Source: an uncultured Planctomycetota bacterium (GTDB taxonomy: Bacteria; Planctomycetota; Planctomycetia; Isosphaerales; Isosphaeraceae). Taken from it: 64,000 bases of DNA. The position numbers were made by a program, and so were the translations under genes. Below, piece by piece: positions 7,830 through 20,481 of the stretch (position 1 is its first letter; every line of letters begins with the position of its first letter). The stretch spans positions 288,001-352,000 of the forward strand of contig CAWGMQ010000004.1 of assembly GCA_963823665.1 (NCBI GenBank). Reading direction: 5' to 3'. Below the pieces are notes generated by a model. It saw nothing but the letters and a program-made list of their open reading frames with translations. It was not told where the DNA came from and did not search any database.

Positions 7830-10800
7830 ATGGATGAGGCGAAAAACCTGTCCGACGCCAAAGGCGAAGAATCGCCGTGCACTCCGTCGCAGGTCGAAGC
7901 GATCTTTTTTGCGGCGCTGAACGAGAAAACGGCGGCGGCACGGGCGGATTGCCTGGCTCGCGCTTGCGGCGACAACGCGAAGTTGCGATCGCGGGTGGAA
8001 CGGCTTCTGAAAGCCCATCCGCAAGCGGTGGATTTCCTGGCCCAGCCCGCAGTGGAGCGGCTTGAAGTCGAGCGACTCGATCCGGTGGAAGACGAGGGCG
8101 GCCTTCCCGCGACCATCGGCCGCTACCGGGTCATCCGGCTGCTGGGTCGTGGCGGGTTCGGGACGGTCTACCTGGCCCAGGACGACGCGCTCCGACGGCC
8201 GGTGGCGGTCAAGGTGCCCAACCCCGGGCGGGTCGCCGGCCCCGAGGACGTCGCGGTCTACCTTGACGAGGCCCAGTTCCTCGCCCAGCTCGACCACTCC
8301 AACATCGTTCCGGTCTATGACGTTGGCCAGACTGATGACGGTCTGTGCTACGTGGTTTCCAAGTACATCGAGGGCACCAGCCTGGCGGAGCAGATGGGTC
8401 AGGGCCGGATGCCCTTTGGGGAGTCGGCCGAGCTGGTGGCGACGGTCGCCCTTGCGCTGCACCACGCCCATACGCGGGACCTGGTCCACCGCGACATCAA
8501 GCCTGCCAATATCTTGCTCGACTCGGCCAACAAGCCGGTCGTAGGCGACTTCGGGCTGGCGCTGCGGGAGGAGGACTCTGGCAAGGAAGGCCGGCTGGCC
8601 GGGACTCCGGCCTACATGAGCCCCGAGCAGGCCCGGGGCGAAGGCCACCTGGTCGATGGCCGCTCGGATATCTTCAGCCTGGGCGTTGTCTTCTATGAGC
8701 TGCTCACCGGGCGTCGACCCTTTCGGGGCGATTCGCACACCGAGGTCATGAATCAGGTCGCCACCGTCGAACCTCGTCCCCCCCGGCAGATCGACGACAC
8801 GATCCCCCGGGAGCTGGAACGGATCTGTCAGAAGGCGCTGGCAAAGCGTGCGTCGGAGCGGTACAGCACGGCGCGGGACCTGGCCGAGGATCTGCGCCAC
8901 TTCCTTCACACCGAGGCGGCGGCCGGCCCATCCGCCATCACGCCGGGCCCGGTCAACCCTCCGCCTGACTCCTCCCAGGACTCGACCTCGGGTGAACCGG
9001 TGAAGATCATCCCCAAGGGACTGCGGTCGTTCGACCAGCACGATGCCCACTTCTTCCTGGAGCTCCTGCCCGGCCCGCGTGATCGCGATGGCCTGCCCGA
9101 GAGCTTGCGGTTCTGGAAGACCCGGATCGAGTCGACCGACGCGGATTCCACCTTCCGGGTCGGTTTAATCTATGGTCCGTCGGGTTGCGGCAAGTCGTCG
9201 CTGGTGAAGGCGGGGTTACTTCCCCGCCTTTCCAAGGAGGTGCTGGCGGTTTACATCGAGGCGACCGCGGCGGAGACCGAGGCTCGGCTGGAGAGAGGGG
9301 TGCGCAAAGCGGCTCCGGAGCTGAGCCCCGAGTTGGGCCTGGTGGAGGCCCTCGCCGCGCTGCGGCGGGGACGGACGCTCCGCCCGGGCCGGAAGGTGCT
9401 CCTCGTGCTGGACCAGTTCGAGCAGTGGCTCTTCGCCCGGCAGGGCCAGGAGAACTCTGAGCTGGTCGCCGCCCTGCGGCAGTGCGACGGCGAGCACCTC
9501 CAGGCGATCGTGCTGGTCCGGGACGATTTCTGGCTGGCCGCCAGCCGGTTCATGCGCGAGCTGGAGATCGACCTGGAACCGAACGCGAATATCGCCCTCG
9601 TCGATCTGTTCGATCTTCAGCATGCCCACAAGGTCTTAACCGCGTTCGGCAGAGCCTACGGGAAATTGCCCGAGCGCCATCGGGACTGGACCACTGAGCA
9701 CGAATCCTTTCTGAGCCAGGCCGCCCTAGGGCTGGCCCAGGGTGGCAGAGTGATCTCGGTACGGCTGGCGCTCTTTGCCGAGATGGTCAAGGGGAAGCCG
9801 TGGACGACCGCGGCGCTACAGGAGGTCGGCGGTACGGAAGGAGTGGGCGTGACCTTCCTCGAGGAAACCTTCAGCTCAAGGCAGGCCAACCCCAAGCACC
9901 GCCTGCACCAGATGGCGGCCCAGGCCGTACTGAAAGCGCTGTTGCCTGAAACGGGAACGGACATCAAGGGCCAGATGCATTCGGAGGCCGAGCTGCGCGA
10001 GGTCTCGGGCTACGCCGACCACCCCCGCGACTTCGCCGACCTGGTCCGCATTCTCGACCACGAGTTAAGGCTGATCACGCCGACGGAAGCCGAAGGCGTG
10101 GAGGGTGGAGGGTGGAGGGTGGAGGACGAAGGGCAGAAGAATGAATATGGGATGCCCCCGGTCGACGGTGACGACTTATCCTTGCCCGGTCCGTCCTCCG
10201 CCCTCCGCCCTTCGTTTTTACCAGCTCACCCACGACTACCTCGTCCCCTCGCTCCGTGACTGGCTGACCACGAAGCAGCGTGAGACCCGTCGCGGCCGGA
10301 CCGAGCTGCGGTTGGCGGAGCGCGCCGCGCTTTGGAACCACAAGCCGGAGAACCGGCACCTGCCCTCGGTGCTGGAGTGGGCCAACGTCCGCGTGCTGAC
10401 TCGTCGCAAGGATTGGAGTGAGTCGCAGCGCCGGATGATGCGGCGGGCCGCCCGGGTGCATGGCTTGCGGGGCTTGGGCCTGGCGATCCTGATTGCCCTG
10501 GTGAGCTGGGGATCCCTCGAGGGCTATGGATCCCTGCAAGCGGCGCATCTGATCGACTCGCTGAAGACCGCCAATATCAGGGATGTCCCGGCTCGGATCG
10601 AACAGCTCCGGACCTACCGCCGGTGGGCCGGCCCTCCCCTGGCGGGATTGCTGGCGAGCACGGAGAATGACCGCGATCAGCATCTCCGAGCCAGCCTGGC
10701 CCTCCTCGCCTTGTGGCCCGGCGACCGAAGGCAGGCCGGCTATTCGTACGACCGCCTGCTGGGGTCTTCACCAACCGAGCTTCCGGTGATCTGGGGCATC

Positions 10801-12577
10801 CTGCGGAAGCACGATCCGGCAATCGAACAGCGGTTATGGCCCTTGCTGGACGATGCCAAAGCCGACAAGGAGCCACGCTTTCGCGCGGCCTGTGCTCTGG
10901 CCAACGCCGATTCCGCCCAGATTAAGAACCGCTGGGACAGCGCCTCTTCGTTCATCACCGACCAGTTCCTCGCAGCCGCGATCAAGAATCCCAGTGATTA
11001 CGCGACGCTGATCGAGACCCTGCGACCCGTCCGGAAGGCTCTGCTCTCTCCCCTGCGCGCGTCTTCCGGGACGCCGGCCGATTCGAGAGTGAACGAACCT
11101 TTGCCACCACCATCCTGATTGACTACGCCAGCGACGATCCCCCTCTGCTGGCCGACCTGCTCATGGAGGCCGGCCCGAAGGCGTATGCCAGCCTCTTTCC
11201 GGTCGCCCAGCAGCAGGCGGCCGGAGTGCTGCCGGTGCTCCAGGCGGAGATCGCCAAGAGCTCATCGAGCGTGAACGAAGAGGGATCGGAAGAGGCCAAG
11301 GACCGGCTGGCCCAGCGGCAGGCGCGGGCCGCCATCGCCTTGGTCCGGCTGGCCAATGCCGATCTAGTCTGGCGCTTGTTGCGGCATAGCGCCGATCCCC
11401 GGCTGCGGAGCTTCATTATCCACTGGCTCAATCCCCTGGGAGCCGACCCGAAAGCGATCGTGGCCGAGCTCGATCGGCTGTCTTCACCCGCCACCCATCA
11501 CCCGCCACCCAGCCGATGGACACGATCCTCTTTCTTCCCGAAACCTCGGAGCGGCGGGCGCTGATCCTCGCGCTCGGGACATTCGGCACGGCGGGATTCT
11601 CCCCCGGCGACCGCCAGCCCCTGATTCCCAAGCTGCTCGACCTCTATCGCAACGACCCCGACGCCGGCATCCACAGCTCAGCCGAATGGGTCCTGCGCCA
11701 GTGGAAGCAAGAGGACACGTGGGAGGCAGCCGATGCCGAGCTGAGCCAGCTCAAGGATCCGGGGCGGCGGCGCTGGTTCGTCAATAGCCGGCGACAGACC
11801 TTCGTCAAAATCGAAGGCCCGGTCGAGTTCCGCATGGGCTCACCCGAGAATGAGCCAGATCGGTTTTACAGCGAAACGCTTGATCGCCGGGTCATCTCCC
11901 ACCGCTTTGCCATCGCGACCAAGGAGGTGACCGTCGAGCAATATCAAGAGTTCGTCAAGACGAACCCCGGGGTCGATCATGCCCGGAACGACCAGCACAG
12001 TCCCGATCCGAAAGGCCCCATGAATCAAGTGAGCTGGTATCATGCCGCGGCCTACTGCAACTGGCTCAGCGAGGAGGAGGGCCTGCCCAAGGACGAGTGG
12101 TGCTATCTGCCCAACGAGCAGATGAAGTACGACAGGGGGATGAAGATCCCCGCCGATTTTTGGCAGCGCACGGGTTACCGCTTGCCAAGCGAGGTGGAAT
12201 GGGAATATGCGAGCCGCGCTGGGGCTGTGACCAGCCGGCATTATGGCCTCTCGGTCGCTTTGCTGGAGCAGTATGAACGGTATGACGCCAACAGCCACCG
12301 CCATGCCTGGCCTTGTGGAAGCCTGATGCCCAACGATCTGGGCTTATTCGACACGCTTGGGAACGTGTGTGAATGGTGTCAGGATCGTTCCACGAGCCCC
12401 GGGCCAGGGAAGGTTGCGTCGCCTATGAGCGATATCATCAATGAGGACCCTCGTATTGTTCGGGGCGGGGCGTTCCTCTTTCCCCCGACGTACTTCCGCT
12501 CGGCCTTCCGGGCCTGGTTCGCGCCGTCGCCCCTCAGCCCCACCTACGGTTTCCGCATCGCCAGGGCTTACAACTGA
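7830..12577 (+). CDS. Ser/Thr kinase - P-loop (nSTAND-like) NTPase - helical repeats - FGE/SUMF1 domain protein; apparent frameshifts near 10210, 11055 and 11500
   Basis: GRGGFGTV, VAVK, HRDIKPAN, DFG, GTPAYMSPE; GPSGCGKSS and LLVLDQFEQ; YQLTHDYLVPSLRDWL; FRMGSP..EVTVEQY..SWYHAAAYCNWLS..YRLPSEVEWEY..PNDLGLFDTLGNVCEW..GFRIAR. Four ORFs join into one architecture. Confidence 0.88.
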
Positions 12578-12586
12578 ACATCGATT

Positions 12587-13745
12587 TCAATACTGATCGG
12601 AGCTGATGACCTCGCCGCCGTTGATCGATCCGAGCTGGATCCAGGTCGGCCCGTTGATCGAGTTCTTGATGAAGTGGACGGAGCCGTCGCCAAAGAGGCA
12701 CTCGACCCCACCGGGGTGGCGGGACCGCGTTGCCGCGTACGAGCCCGAATCGTTTGCCTGGTCGTTGCGGCCCAGCATCTGGGCGGGCTGGCTGTCGCAG
12801 AGGGAGCCGGGATTGGGGGGGCTGGAGCCCGGCCTCGAAGGACCACCGACCGTGCCGATGTTGTCGTAGTTGTCGAGGGCCAGGGCCCCGCTGATGCCCG
12901 CCAAGGCGCCAGGGTTGTAGAGGGACAGCCAGATGGGCAGAAGGTCCTGGTATCCGTTGGGGGCGAACCGCGTCATATAGGAACCAGCACCTGCGTGGCA
13001 GTCCCAGATCGTCCCGCGGAGGTCGTCGGACGCTCCTTGCAACAGCTCCGCAGCGACGTGCGTATTGCTGGTCCCATCCGTGAACGAGGCCGATCGGATC
13101 GTGATGGGCCCCAGGCCGGTTGGGCCGATGCCAAATGGCGACTGCACGAACAGGTTGCGGGTCAAGACCGGACTGAGAACGCCCTGGCCAAAATCCAGGT
13201 TTCCCCAGTTGACGCCGTAATTCCCCTTCGACGCCATCCAAGGATAGGCAGGGACGAACCCGCCGGTGGCCTTGCTCAAGGCCGCAAAGCTGAAGCTCTG
13301 GATGTTATCGCTGGGGCATTGGAAGGAGGCGATCCTCGACGTCATGACCGTGCTGTTGATGACATAGCCGAGTGCGGCAGGCCCTATGATGCCGATCGAG
13401 GCGTTGAAGGCGTTGTAGAGCGGCGCCTGCTCGAGATACGGCAGCATCAGGACGAACCACGGCGTGTTCTGGCAGTTCGCGCCGTAGGGCGACGTTGCAG
13501 ATCGCACCAGGCATGCCGCTAACACCATTGACTGCGTAGACCACGCCAATCGGCAGGCAGTTATTTGCCGACTCGTAATTGGCGAGGGCCAGACCGAGCT
13601 GTTTCAGGTTGTTGGCGCACTGCGAGCGCCGCGCCGCCTCCCGTGCGGCCTGCACCGCGGGCAAGAGCAATGCAATCAGAATCGAGATGATCGCGATGAC
13701 GACCAAGAGCTCGATGAGTGTAAAACCACAACGTCGTTTCGACAT
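12587..13745 (-). CDS. DUF1559 prepilin-type N-terminal cleavage/methylation protein (H-X9-DG); frameshift near 13500
   Basis: [76 protein letters not shown]. Confidence 0.93.
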
Positions 13746-13763
13746 AGCCGCGCTCACTCGTTT

Positions 13764-14339
13764 TCAGGAATTCGCGGAATCGTCCCGGTCTTTGAGCTCG
13801 GCATAGAGCCAGGTGCGGGCGTAAGTCCAGTGGCGCTCGGCAGTTGCCAGCGAAATCTTGAGGACCTGGGCGATCTCGGGCATGGTGAGGCCGGCGAAGA
13901 AGCGGAGCTTGACCAGCTCGGCCTTGTCAGCGTCTTCCGCCGCCAGCTTGGTGAGGGCCTCGTCGAGGGCTTCGAGGTCTACGGATGGTCCCTTCGCCAG
14001 GAAACCGACTGCGTCCAGGTCGACACGCAAGCGAGCGCCACCGTGCTTGACACGTTTCTTGCGGCGAGCCTTCTCGACCAGGATCCGGCGCATCGCCTCG
14101 GCGGCCGCGGAGAAGAAGTGACCGCGGCCGTCCCACTGTTTGTCGTGACCTTCGCCGACGAGCCTGAGATAGGCCTCGTGGACCAGGTCGGACGATTGGA
14201 GGGACAGCCCCGGGGCCTCAAGGGCGAGCCGCTGGGTGGCCATCTCTCGCAGTTTCTTGTAGACCAGGGGAAGGAGCTTCGAGGCAGCCCCCGGATCGCC
14301 TTGCTCGATTGCTGAAAGGATTGTTGTGACTTCGCTCAT
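13764..14339 (-). CDS. ECF sigma factor, TIGR02999-like (usually kinase-associated)
   Basis: MSEVTTILSAIEQGDPGAASKLLPLVY..LVHEAYLRL..HFFSAAAEAMRRILVEKAR..ALDEAL..LVKLRFFAGLT..ERHWTYARTWL. Confidence 0.95.
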   Translation of the reverse strand: MSEVTTILSAIEQGDPGAASKLLPLVYKKLREMATQRLALEAPGLSLQSSDLVHEAYLRLVGEGHDKQWDGRGHFFSAAAEAMRRILVEKARRKKRVKHGGARLRVDLDAVGFLAKGPSVDLEALDEALTKLAAEDADKAELVKLRFFAGLTMPEIAQVLKISLATAERHWTYARTWLYAELKDRDDSANS

Positions 14340-14496
14340 TGCCCGGGCATCACCAGAACGCCAAGACCCACCTCGGATTCGAGCGCCATCGATCGGATCT
14401 TCCCGCGTCCTTCGCCGACCACGTCCGGATTTGGGAGGCAATGTAGCGTAACGCCCGCGGTGCCGAACAGCAAGTGGCACCGCGGTTCGACTTCAT

Positions 14497-17401
14497 TTAG
14501 CGGCGGCGAAGAACAATGTCGCCGAGATCGATGGGCTTCGCGTCCTTGACGGTGATGCTCTGGTCGGCTGACTGGCCGCCGTTGGAATCATAGGCGAAGT
14601 ACCGGCAAGGCGCGCCGACCAGCAGCCCAGGCGCGAGGAAGCGACCGTCTTGATCGGTCATGGCCGTCTGTCCGGCACCGGCGGGGCCTTGGCCGCCTCC
14701 CGGCAGGTTAACATGAACCCCATAGCTCCCAAAGGCGACGCGCACGTTTGCGAGGGGGTTTCCCCCCGCATCGATGACCCGGCCGCGTGCAACGGCCGAC
14801 GGACGTGCGACAATGGAGAGTTCGCCGTCATCGTCTGCGTCGATTGTCGTGTAGCCAGCGAGATTCCCCGCAGGATCGCGGGCGTAGACCAAGGCCGCGC
14901 CGAACGGACGGGGTAGTGCAAATCGACCTTCGCCATCCGCGCTCCCGTGAGTCGGCGGGATCCGGTCCCCGATCGGCTCGGCAACGATCATCGCGCCCGC
15001 GATCGGACGACCATCGGCTTTCTCCGCGCGAACGATGCCCCGCAGCATTCGCAGCGGACGAACCAGACGGGCAACCTGAAAGTCTTTCCGGAAATTCTGT
15101 GAGTCACCAACCTTGATTCGCTCGCTCTTCGCATTAACGCCCGGCTCACTCGGCCCGCTGAGATGATACTCTCCGGGCCCGACGCGAAACGCGTAGCGGC
15201 CGTCCGAATCGGTGTCGGCGACGCGGGTGGCTCCATCACTCAAATCCGCGGGCTGATCGATCAAAGCTCCCTTGGGAACGGCTGGCCCCTTCTCGAAGAG
15301 CATCACCGTCACGCCGGCCGCGGGCTGCGCCGCGCGACCGGCCGTCACGCGTCCGTGAATCAGGCTGCCTGGCTCCAGACGTAAGTCGACGACGGGCGCA
15401 GCCAGTTCCTCGCGGACGACCACCCCGGTGCGGCTCTTCGCAGCCCATTCCGGGTCGTTCACATAGACCGTGTACGACTGGTTCGGCGGAAGCGCCATCT
15501 TGTAAGAACCGTCGGCACCCGTGCGCGCTCGGCTCGTGCCGGCTGGATACGCGGGGCCGACGCCATCGGCGGCGACCAGGATGCCCTCGCCCGGCGAGCC
15601 ATCCGGCCGCGTCACCTTCCCCGAGACCGGCGTGAACCGCAGTACCGTGGCCGTCAGCTCGCGATCGAGCTTTCCTTCCTCGAGCATGGGCCACTTCGGC
15701 ATGGAGTACGACGTCGTCGCCAGAGCGAAGCTCGCGCCGGGTTGAACGTCAATCGGGAACCAATCAAACGTGGCGACACCATGCTCGTCGGTGCGAACTC
15801 TGGCTGACGACCCGCACAGGTTAACGTCATGGAGCTTGCCCCGCTTTTGGACAATCAACGCCACGAAGTCGACCCCGGGCACCGGCTTGCCGGCGGAGTC
15901 TGTAGCCCGGACACGCACGGTGCGCGCGCCGTTCAGAACGAGTAGCGCACTCTCCGGTGGCGGCGAGAAGTTCGGCGGCACGCTCCGGTAATTCTCGAAA
16001 TAATCAAGCCCGACGCCCGATTTGTAACCAATGATCCATTGCGTGAGCGCGTCTACCGGCGCGGAGCGAAACCCTCCCGGCAGAATCGGTGCGACCGAGG
16101 GCGACGGGAAAAATCACGTCCAGCACAGACACAGCCGCGCCTTCGACCTTTTCCCCGCGCCCATCGACCACGGTAACCGTGACCACGCGAGCCGGCTTGA
16201 GCACGATCCGGGCGAGCGTCCGCGGGTCTTTCGGACCTGTCGTCAGGTCGTCGAACCGAAAGATTCCCTGGCGAGCGCCTCCATCGGCGGTCGCGAGGAA
16301 CGACAGGTTCGCCAGCCTGGGCTCGTCGTTCGGAATCGCAAAGGTCCCATCCGCTTTGGAGTTCACAACCGGCGACTCGAGTGTCCAGAGCGAAGTGACG
16401 CGTGCGCCGCCTACGGGACGGCCGGTCGTGTCGACAATCAACCCCCTGATCCACGGGCCGACGCGGGCCGGGGCCGCATCGGCTGCCTTCCCCACCTCGA
16501 GCCTGGCCCGCGCGGGTGCAGTCTGGCGCATTGCAGCAATAACACTGCCTGCCTCCACAAACGCGACGACGAGGACTGCTGCCGCCATCACTCCCGCCGC
16601 GGCGATCTTCAATCGTCCGATGAACATCATCGTGAGCGTTCCTTGTGTCAAAACCGCGACGGCGGCCGAGGCGACCGCCCCGACTTCCTTGCCCCCGGCC
16701 AACCCGGAAGCCGCCCTCACCGTCGCCTCCAGCCACGCTTCCGACGCCGGGTGGGCGGCGAAGCCGGTCCCAAGAAATCCCATCGCAGGATCCACATTCC
16801 GTCGAACCAGCCGCGCGCGCAACCGCTCCCGGCCCTGCGCCAGCCGCCGCTGAAGCGTTCGAACCGGCACTCCGAGCTGCCCTGCCGCCTGCTCGTTGCT
16901 CAACCCTTCAAGGTGGCACAGCACGATCGAAGCCCGATACCGCTCCGGCAGCCGGTTCAGCTCCTCGTGAAGCTCCGGCAGAAAGCTCGCGGGGCCAATC
17001 TCGTCGGATCGCGCTTTCATCTCGCCCCCTCGACGTTCAATCGCACGCAGCCGGGCCGCCTGGCCCTTCGACCTGGCTGCCACCCGCATGGCCACTCCAA
17101 AGAGCCAGCTCGCCAGCGAATCAACCCGCCGGACCGAGCCACCGTTCTTTGCCAGGATTAGAAAAGTCGCCTGAGCGGCGTCTTCCGCATCATGATGGTT
17201 GCGCAGCACGTCCCGGCAAACACCCAGAACCATTGGCCCGTGCCGCTCCGCTAGCACCGCAAACGCCGACGACGAATCGGCATCGCCGCGGCCGGCGAGA
17301 AACCGCTCCAGAAGCACGCCGTCCGGAAGCGAGCCGATCGCCCCGGCCGTCAGCACGGTCTGAAGCTGCTTCAATGTCGCGCCGCGGCCCCCGCCCTGCA
17401 T
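14497..17401 (-). CDS. ECF sigma factor with TM helix and carboxypeptidase-regulatory-like repeats (ECF57-like); frameshift near 16075
   Basis: DGVLLERF..RHGPMVLGVCR..DAEDAAQATFLIL..LASWLFGVA..LPERYRASIVLCHLEG; TM; repeated GxVxDxxGxPVxGAxV..TDxxGxF. Confidence 0.9.
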
Positions 17402-17494
17402 CTCGCGTGGACTCCGAAGTGAGTGTGTCATCCTCTTTCCTGATGGTGACAGACTTGATCAAACCACCGCCAACTTATTTTGACGAGCCGCAAT

Positions 17495-20390
17495 TCAGCG
17501 CGGGTGCGTGATCATGTCCCCGAGGTCGATCGCCTTCGTGTCGACCACATCAATGCGCTTTCTCGGCGCAACGCCGTGGCCGAGCTTCGGGTCGACGGCG
17601 TATACCTCGCAGCGCGTGCCGGGCGGAAGGCCGGCGACCGTGAAGCGACCCTGGGAATCACTCATCACCCACTGCGCTGTGAATTCGAAGTCGTCGCTGG
17701 CCGGAACGCCTGGCAACACCGCGAGCACCACGCGTGCATAGCTCCACGGAACTCCCGCTCTGTCAACCAGGCGTCCATGAGCGATCGCGGACGGACGGAC
17801 GACGACGGTTGCCTCGCCGGTCTGGCCCTCTCCCTGGACGGTGAACCCGGCGAGATTTCCCTCGGAATTGCGTGCGTACACCAGGAGTTTTCCAGACGGC
17901 CGAGGAAGCTCGAACCGGCCATCGCTACCCGCGAACGCCTCCGACGCAGGGCCTTCTCCGTCGACCTGCGCCACACCGACGATCGCGCGGGCGATCGTCG
18001 GTCCGTCGCGGCCACCCGAACGTACCACCCCGCGAAACGTTCTCGTCTTCGCTGGGGCCTGATCAATCCGCAAATCACGCTCGATTTCTTGCCCGGCGCC
18101 CGCGTGGAGATTTTCCGGTACGGCCCTCGCACCGCGAGCAAATGCCTCTCTAAGCGAGTACCACCCTGGCTCAACGAGGAAGGCATACCGTCCGTCCTGA
18201 TCGGTTTCGACCGTGGGGGGGCGCGCGTTCCTGAGCGCCAGCAGCGGCTCCAGGCCGACGGGCCGAACGTCCAGGTCCGACGCGAAGATGCGCACGACAG
18301 CCCCGGCCGCCGGCTGGGGCGGCTCACCGAAGGTAACGCGACCCCGGATGATGGCACCCTTCTCGAGGCGCAGGTTAACGTCCGTTGCAGGCTTCCCCTC
18401 GAGAAGCTCGACGACGTTCCGGCTTCGCGCGACCAGCCCGTCGTGGGCAACGTATAATGCATAAGGCCGGTCAGCGGGCAGATCCATGGTGTATGAACCG
18501 TCGGCGCCGGTCCGGGCTTGACCGGCGCTCGGCGGAAACGAGAAGACCAAACACTCAGCAGTAACGGGAATGCCCGCCGCAGGCGAGCCATCGGGCCGCG
18601 TGATCCTGCCCGAAAGCCGCGTGGCCCGCAGCACGTGCGCTGTCAGCTCCTCAGCCGGCGCGGCGGGGTCGAGGATGGGCCAGCGCAAGGCGGAATATCC
18701 CGGTGCGTCGACGATGAAGGTTGTCCGCGCCTGGATCGCCGCCGGCAGCCAATCGAACGTCGCGATCCCGTCGGCGTCGGTGCGGGCCCTTGCCGGAGAA
18801 TCCCATACGTTCACCGCGCTGAGCTTACCGGCCTTGTGTATGCCCGGCGGCAAGACATCAACGTCGCGCACGGGACGATTGCTCGAATCAACGACCCTCA
18901 CCCGGACGGTCCGCGCGCCATTCAGCGAGAGCTTGACCCGCTCCGGCAGCGCAGACCAGTCGAGCGGCAGGAACAGATAGTTCTCGAAGTAGTCGAACCC
19001 GACTCCCGGCTTGTACGCAAAGATCCAGTGCACGATCGCGTCTTCCGGCGCGCGAACTGTCACCACGCCGCGAGCATCCGTCAGGCCGTCGTCAACTGCG
19101 GATGCCACGTCGAGTGGAACGACGTGCGCGCCTTCGACCGCCACGCCTCGTGCGTCGACCACCGAGACCGTGATTTCATGTGCGGGCTTGAGCACGATCC
19201 GGGCCAGCGTACGCGGGTCCTGGCGCACGCCCAGTCGATCGTAGAACCGAAAGGTCCCCTGCCGTGCACCACCGTCGGCGGTCGCCCGCAGCGACGCGTA
19301 GCGCGCCGGAGTTCGATCGCTCCAGATGGCAAATGTCCCATCGGCCTTGGCCGTGACGACACGCGGCTGGCTCCCCGCGTTAGACTTGATTCGCGCACCT
19401 CCCACGGGCTGCCCGGCCGTGTCAACGACGATCCCTTTGATCCAGAGGCCGACGCCGAGCCCAGCCGGCTCCGCTGGCAGTCGGGGAACCGGTCTGCACT
19501 GGGATTGCCGAATCAGGACGCCTGGCCCCAACGGCGCTGGCTGCGCCAGCGACGGCCAAAACAACGGCTGCCGCAGCCAAGCTCGCCGCCACAAGCTTGA
19601 GGTGATCGATCAGTGCCGTTGCCGCCACGCCTTTCGCCAAGCTTGCGACCGCGGGCGAGGCCGCCGCCGCGAGCTGTTGCCCCGCAGCGAGCGCCGCCGC
19701 CGCGCGAACGGTTGCGTCAAACCACAAGTCCGGCGTCAGGTGCATCGCGATCCCTGATCCAACCAAAGCAAACGCGCCATCCGGATCTCGGCCCACCAAC
19801 CGCGCCCGCAGCCGCTCGCGACCATGCTCCAACCGCCGCTGAACAGTTCGAACCGACAAACCAAGCTGGCCCGCGGCCTGCTCGCTGCTCAATCCTTCGA
19901 GGTGACATAAGACAATCGGCGCCCGATATCGTTGTGGAAGCCGTCCCAGCTCGTCATGGAGCTCGCACGAGAAATCTGACGCTTGAGCGCATTGGTAGGG
20001 AGGTTTCATTTCGCAAGCTCGAAACTCAATCGCACGCAGCCGGACCGCCTGGGCCCTCGACTTGGCCGCGACTCTCAGCGCGACGCCGAAGAGCCAGCTC
20101 GCCAGCGAGTCAATCCGCCGGATCGAGCCGCCATGCTTGGCCAGGATCAAAAACGTCGCCTGAGCGGCATCTTCGGCGTCATGGTGGTTGCGCAGCACGT
20201 CCCTGCAAACGCCCAGAACCATCGGCCCATGCCGCTGCACCAGCACCGCGAACGCTGCCGAGGAATCGGTATCTCCGCGGCCGGACAGGAAGCGGTCCAG
20301 GAGCACCCCGTCCGGCAGCGATCCAATCGCACCCGCCGTGAGCACGGTTTCCAACTGTCGCAGCGCAACGCCCCGATGTTCGCTCCCCAT
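17495..20390 (-). CDS. Tandem paralogous extended ECF sigma factor with carboxypeptidase-regulatory-like repeats; frameshift near 19560
   Basis: Same sigma2/sigma4 motifs and a collinear C-terminal module (ATADGGARQG..DPRTLARIVLKPA..GFDYFENY..IDLGD). Confidence 0.9.
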
Positions 20391-20481
20391 CACGCAAAGG
20401 CCCCCCCGACGACAACGGTCTATACCCTTGTAGTACCGGCGCCCGGGGACTCACCGCCAACTATTTCAGAAAAATCTCCGC

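Noticed and set aside
14497..20390. DGR template/variable repeat pair (also the 28466/32296 duplicate)
   Set aside because: No reverse transcriptase, and the differences are not confined to adenines; ordinary paralogy explains them.
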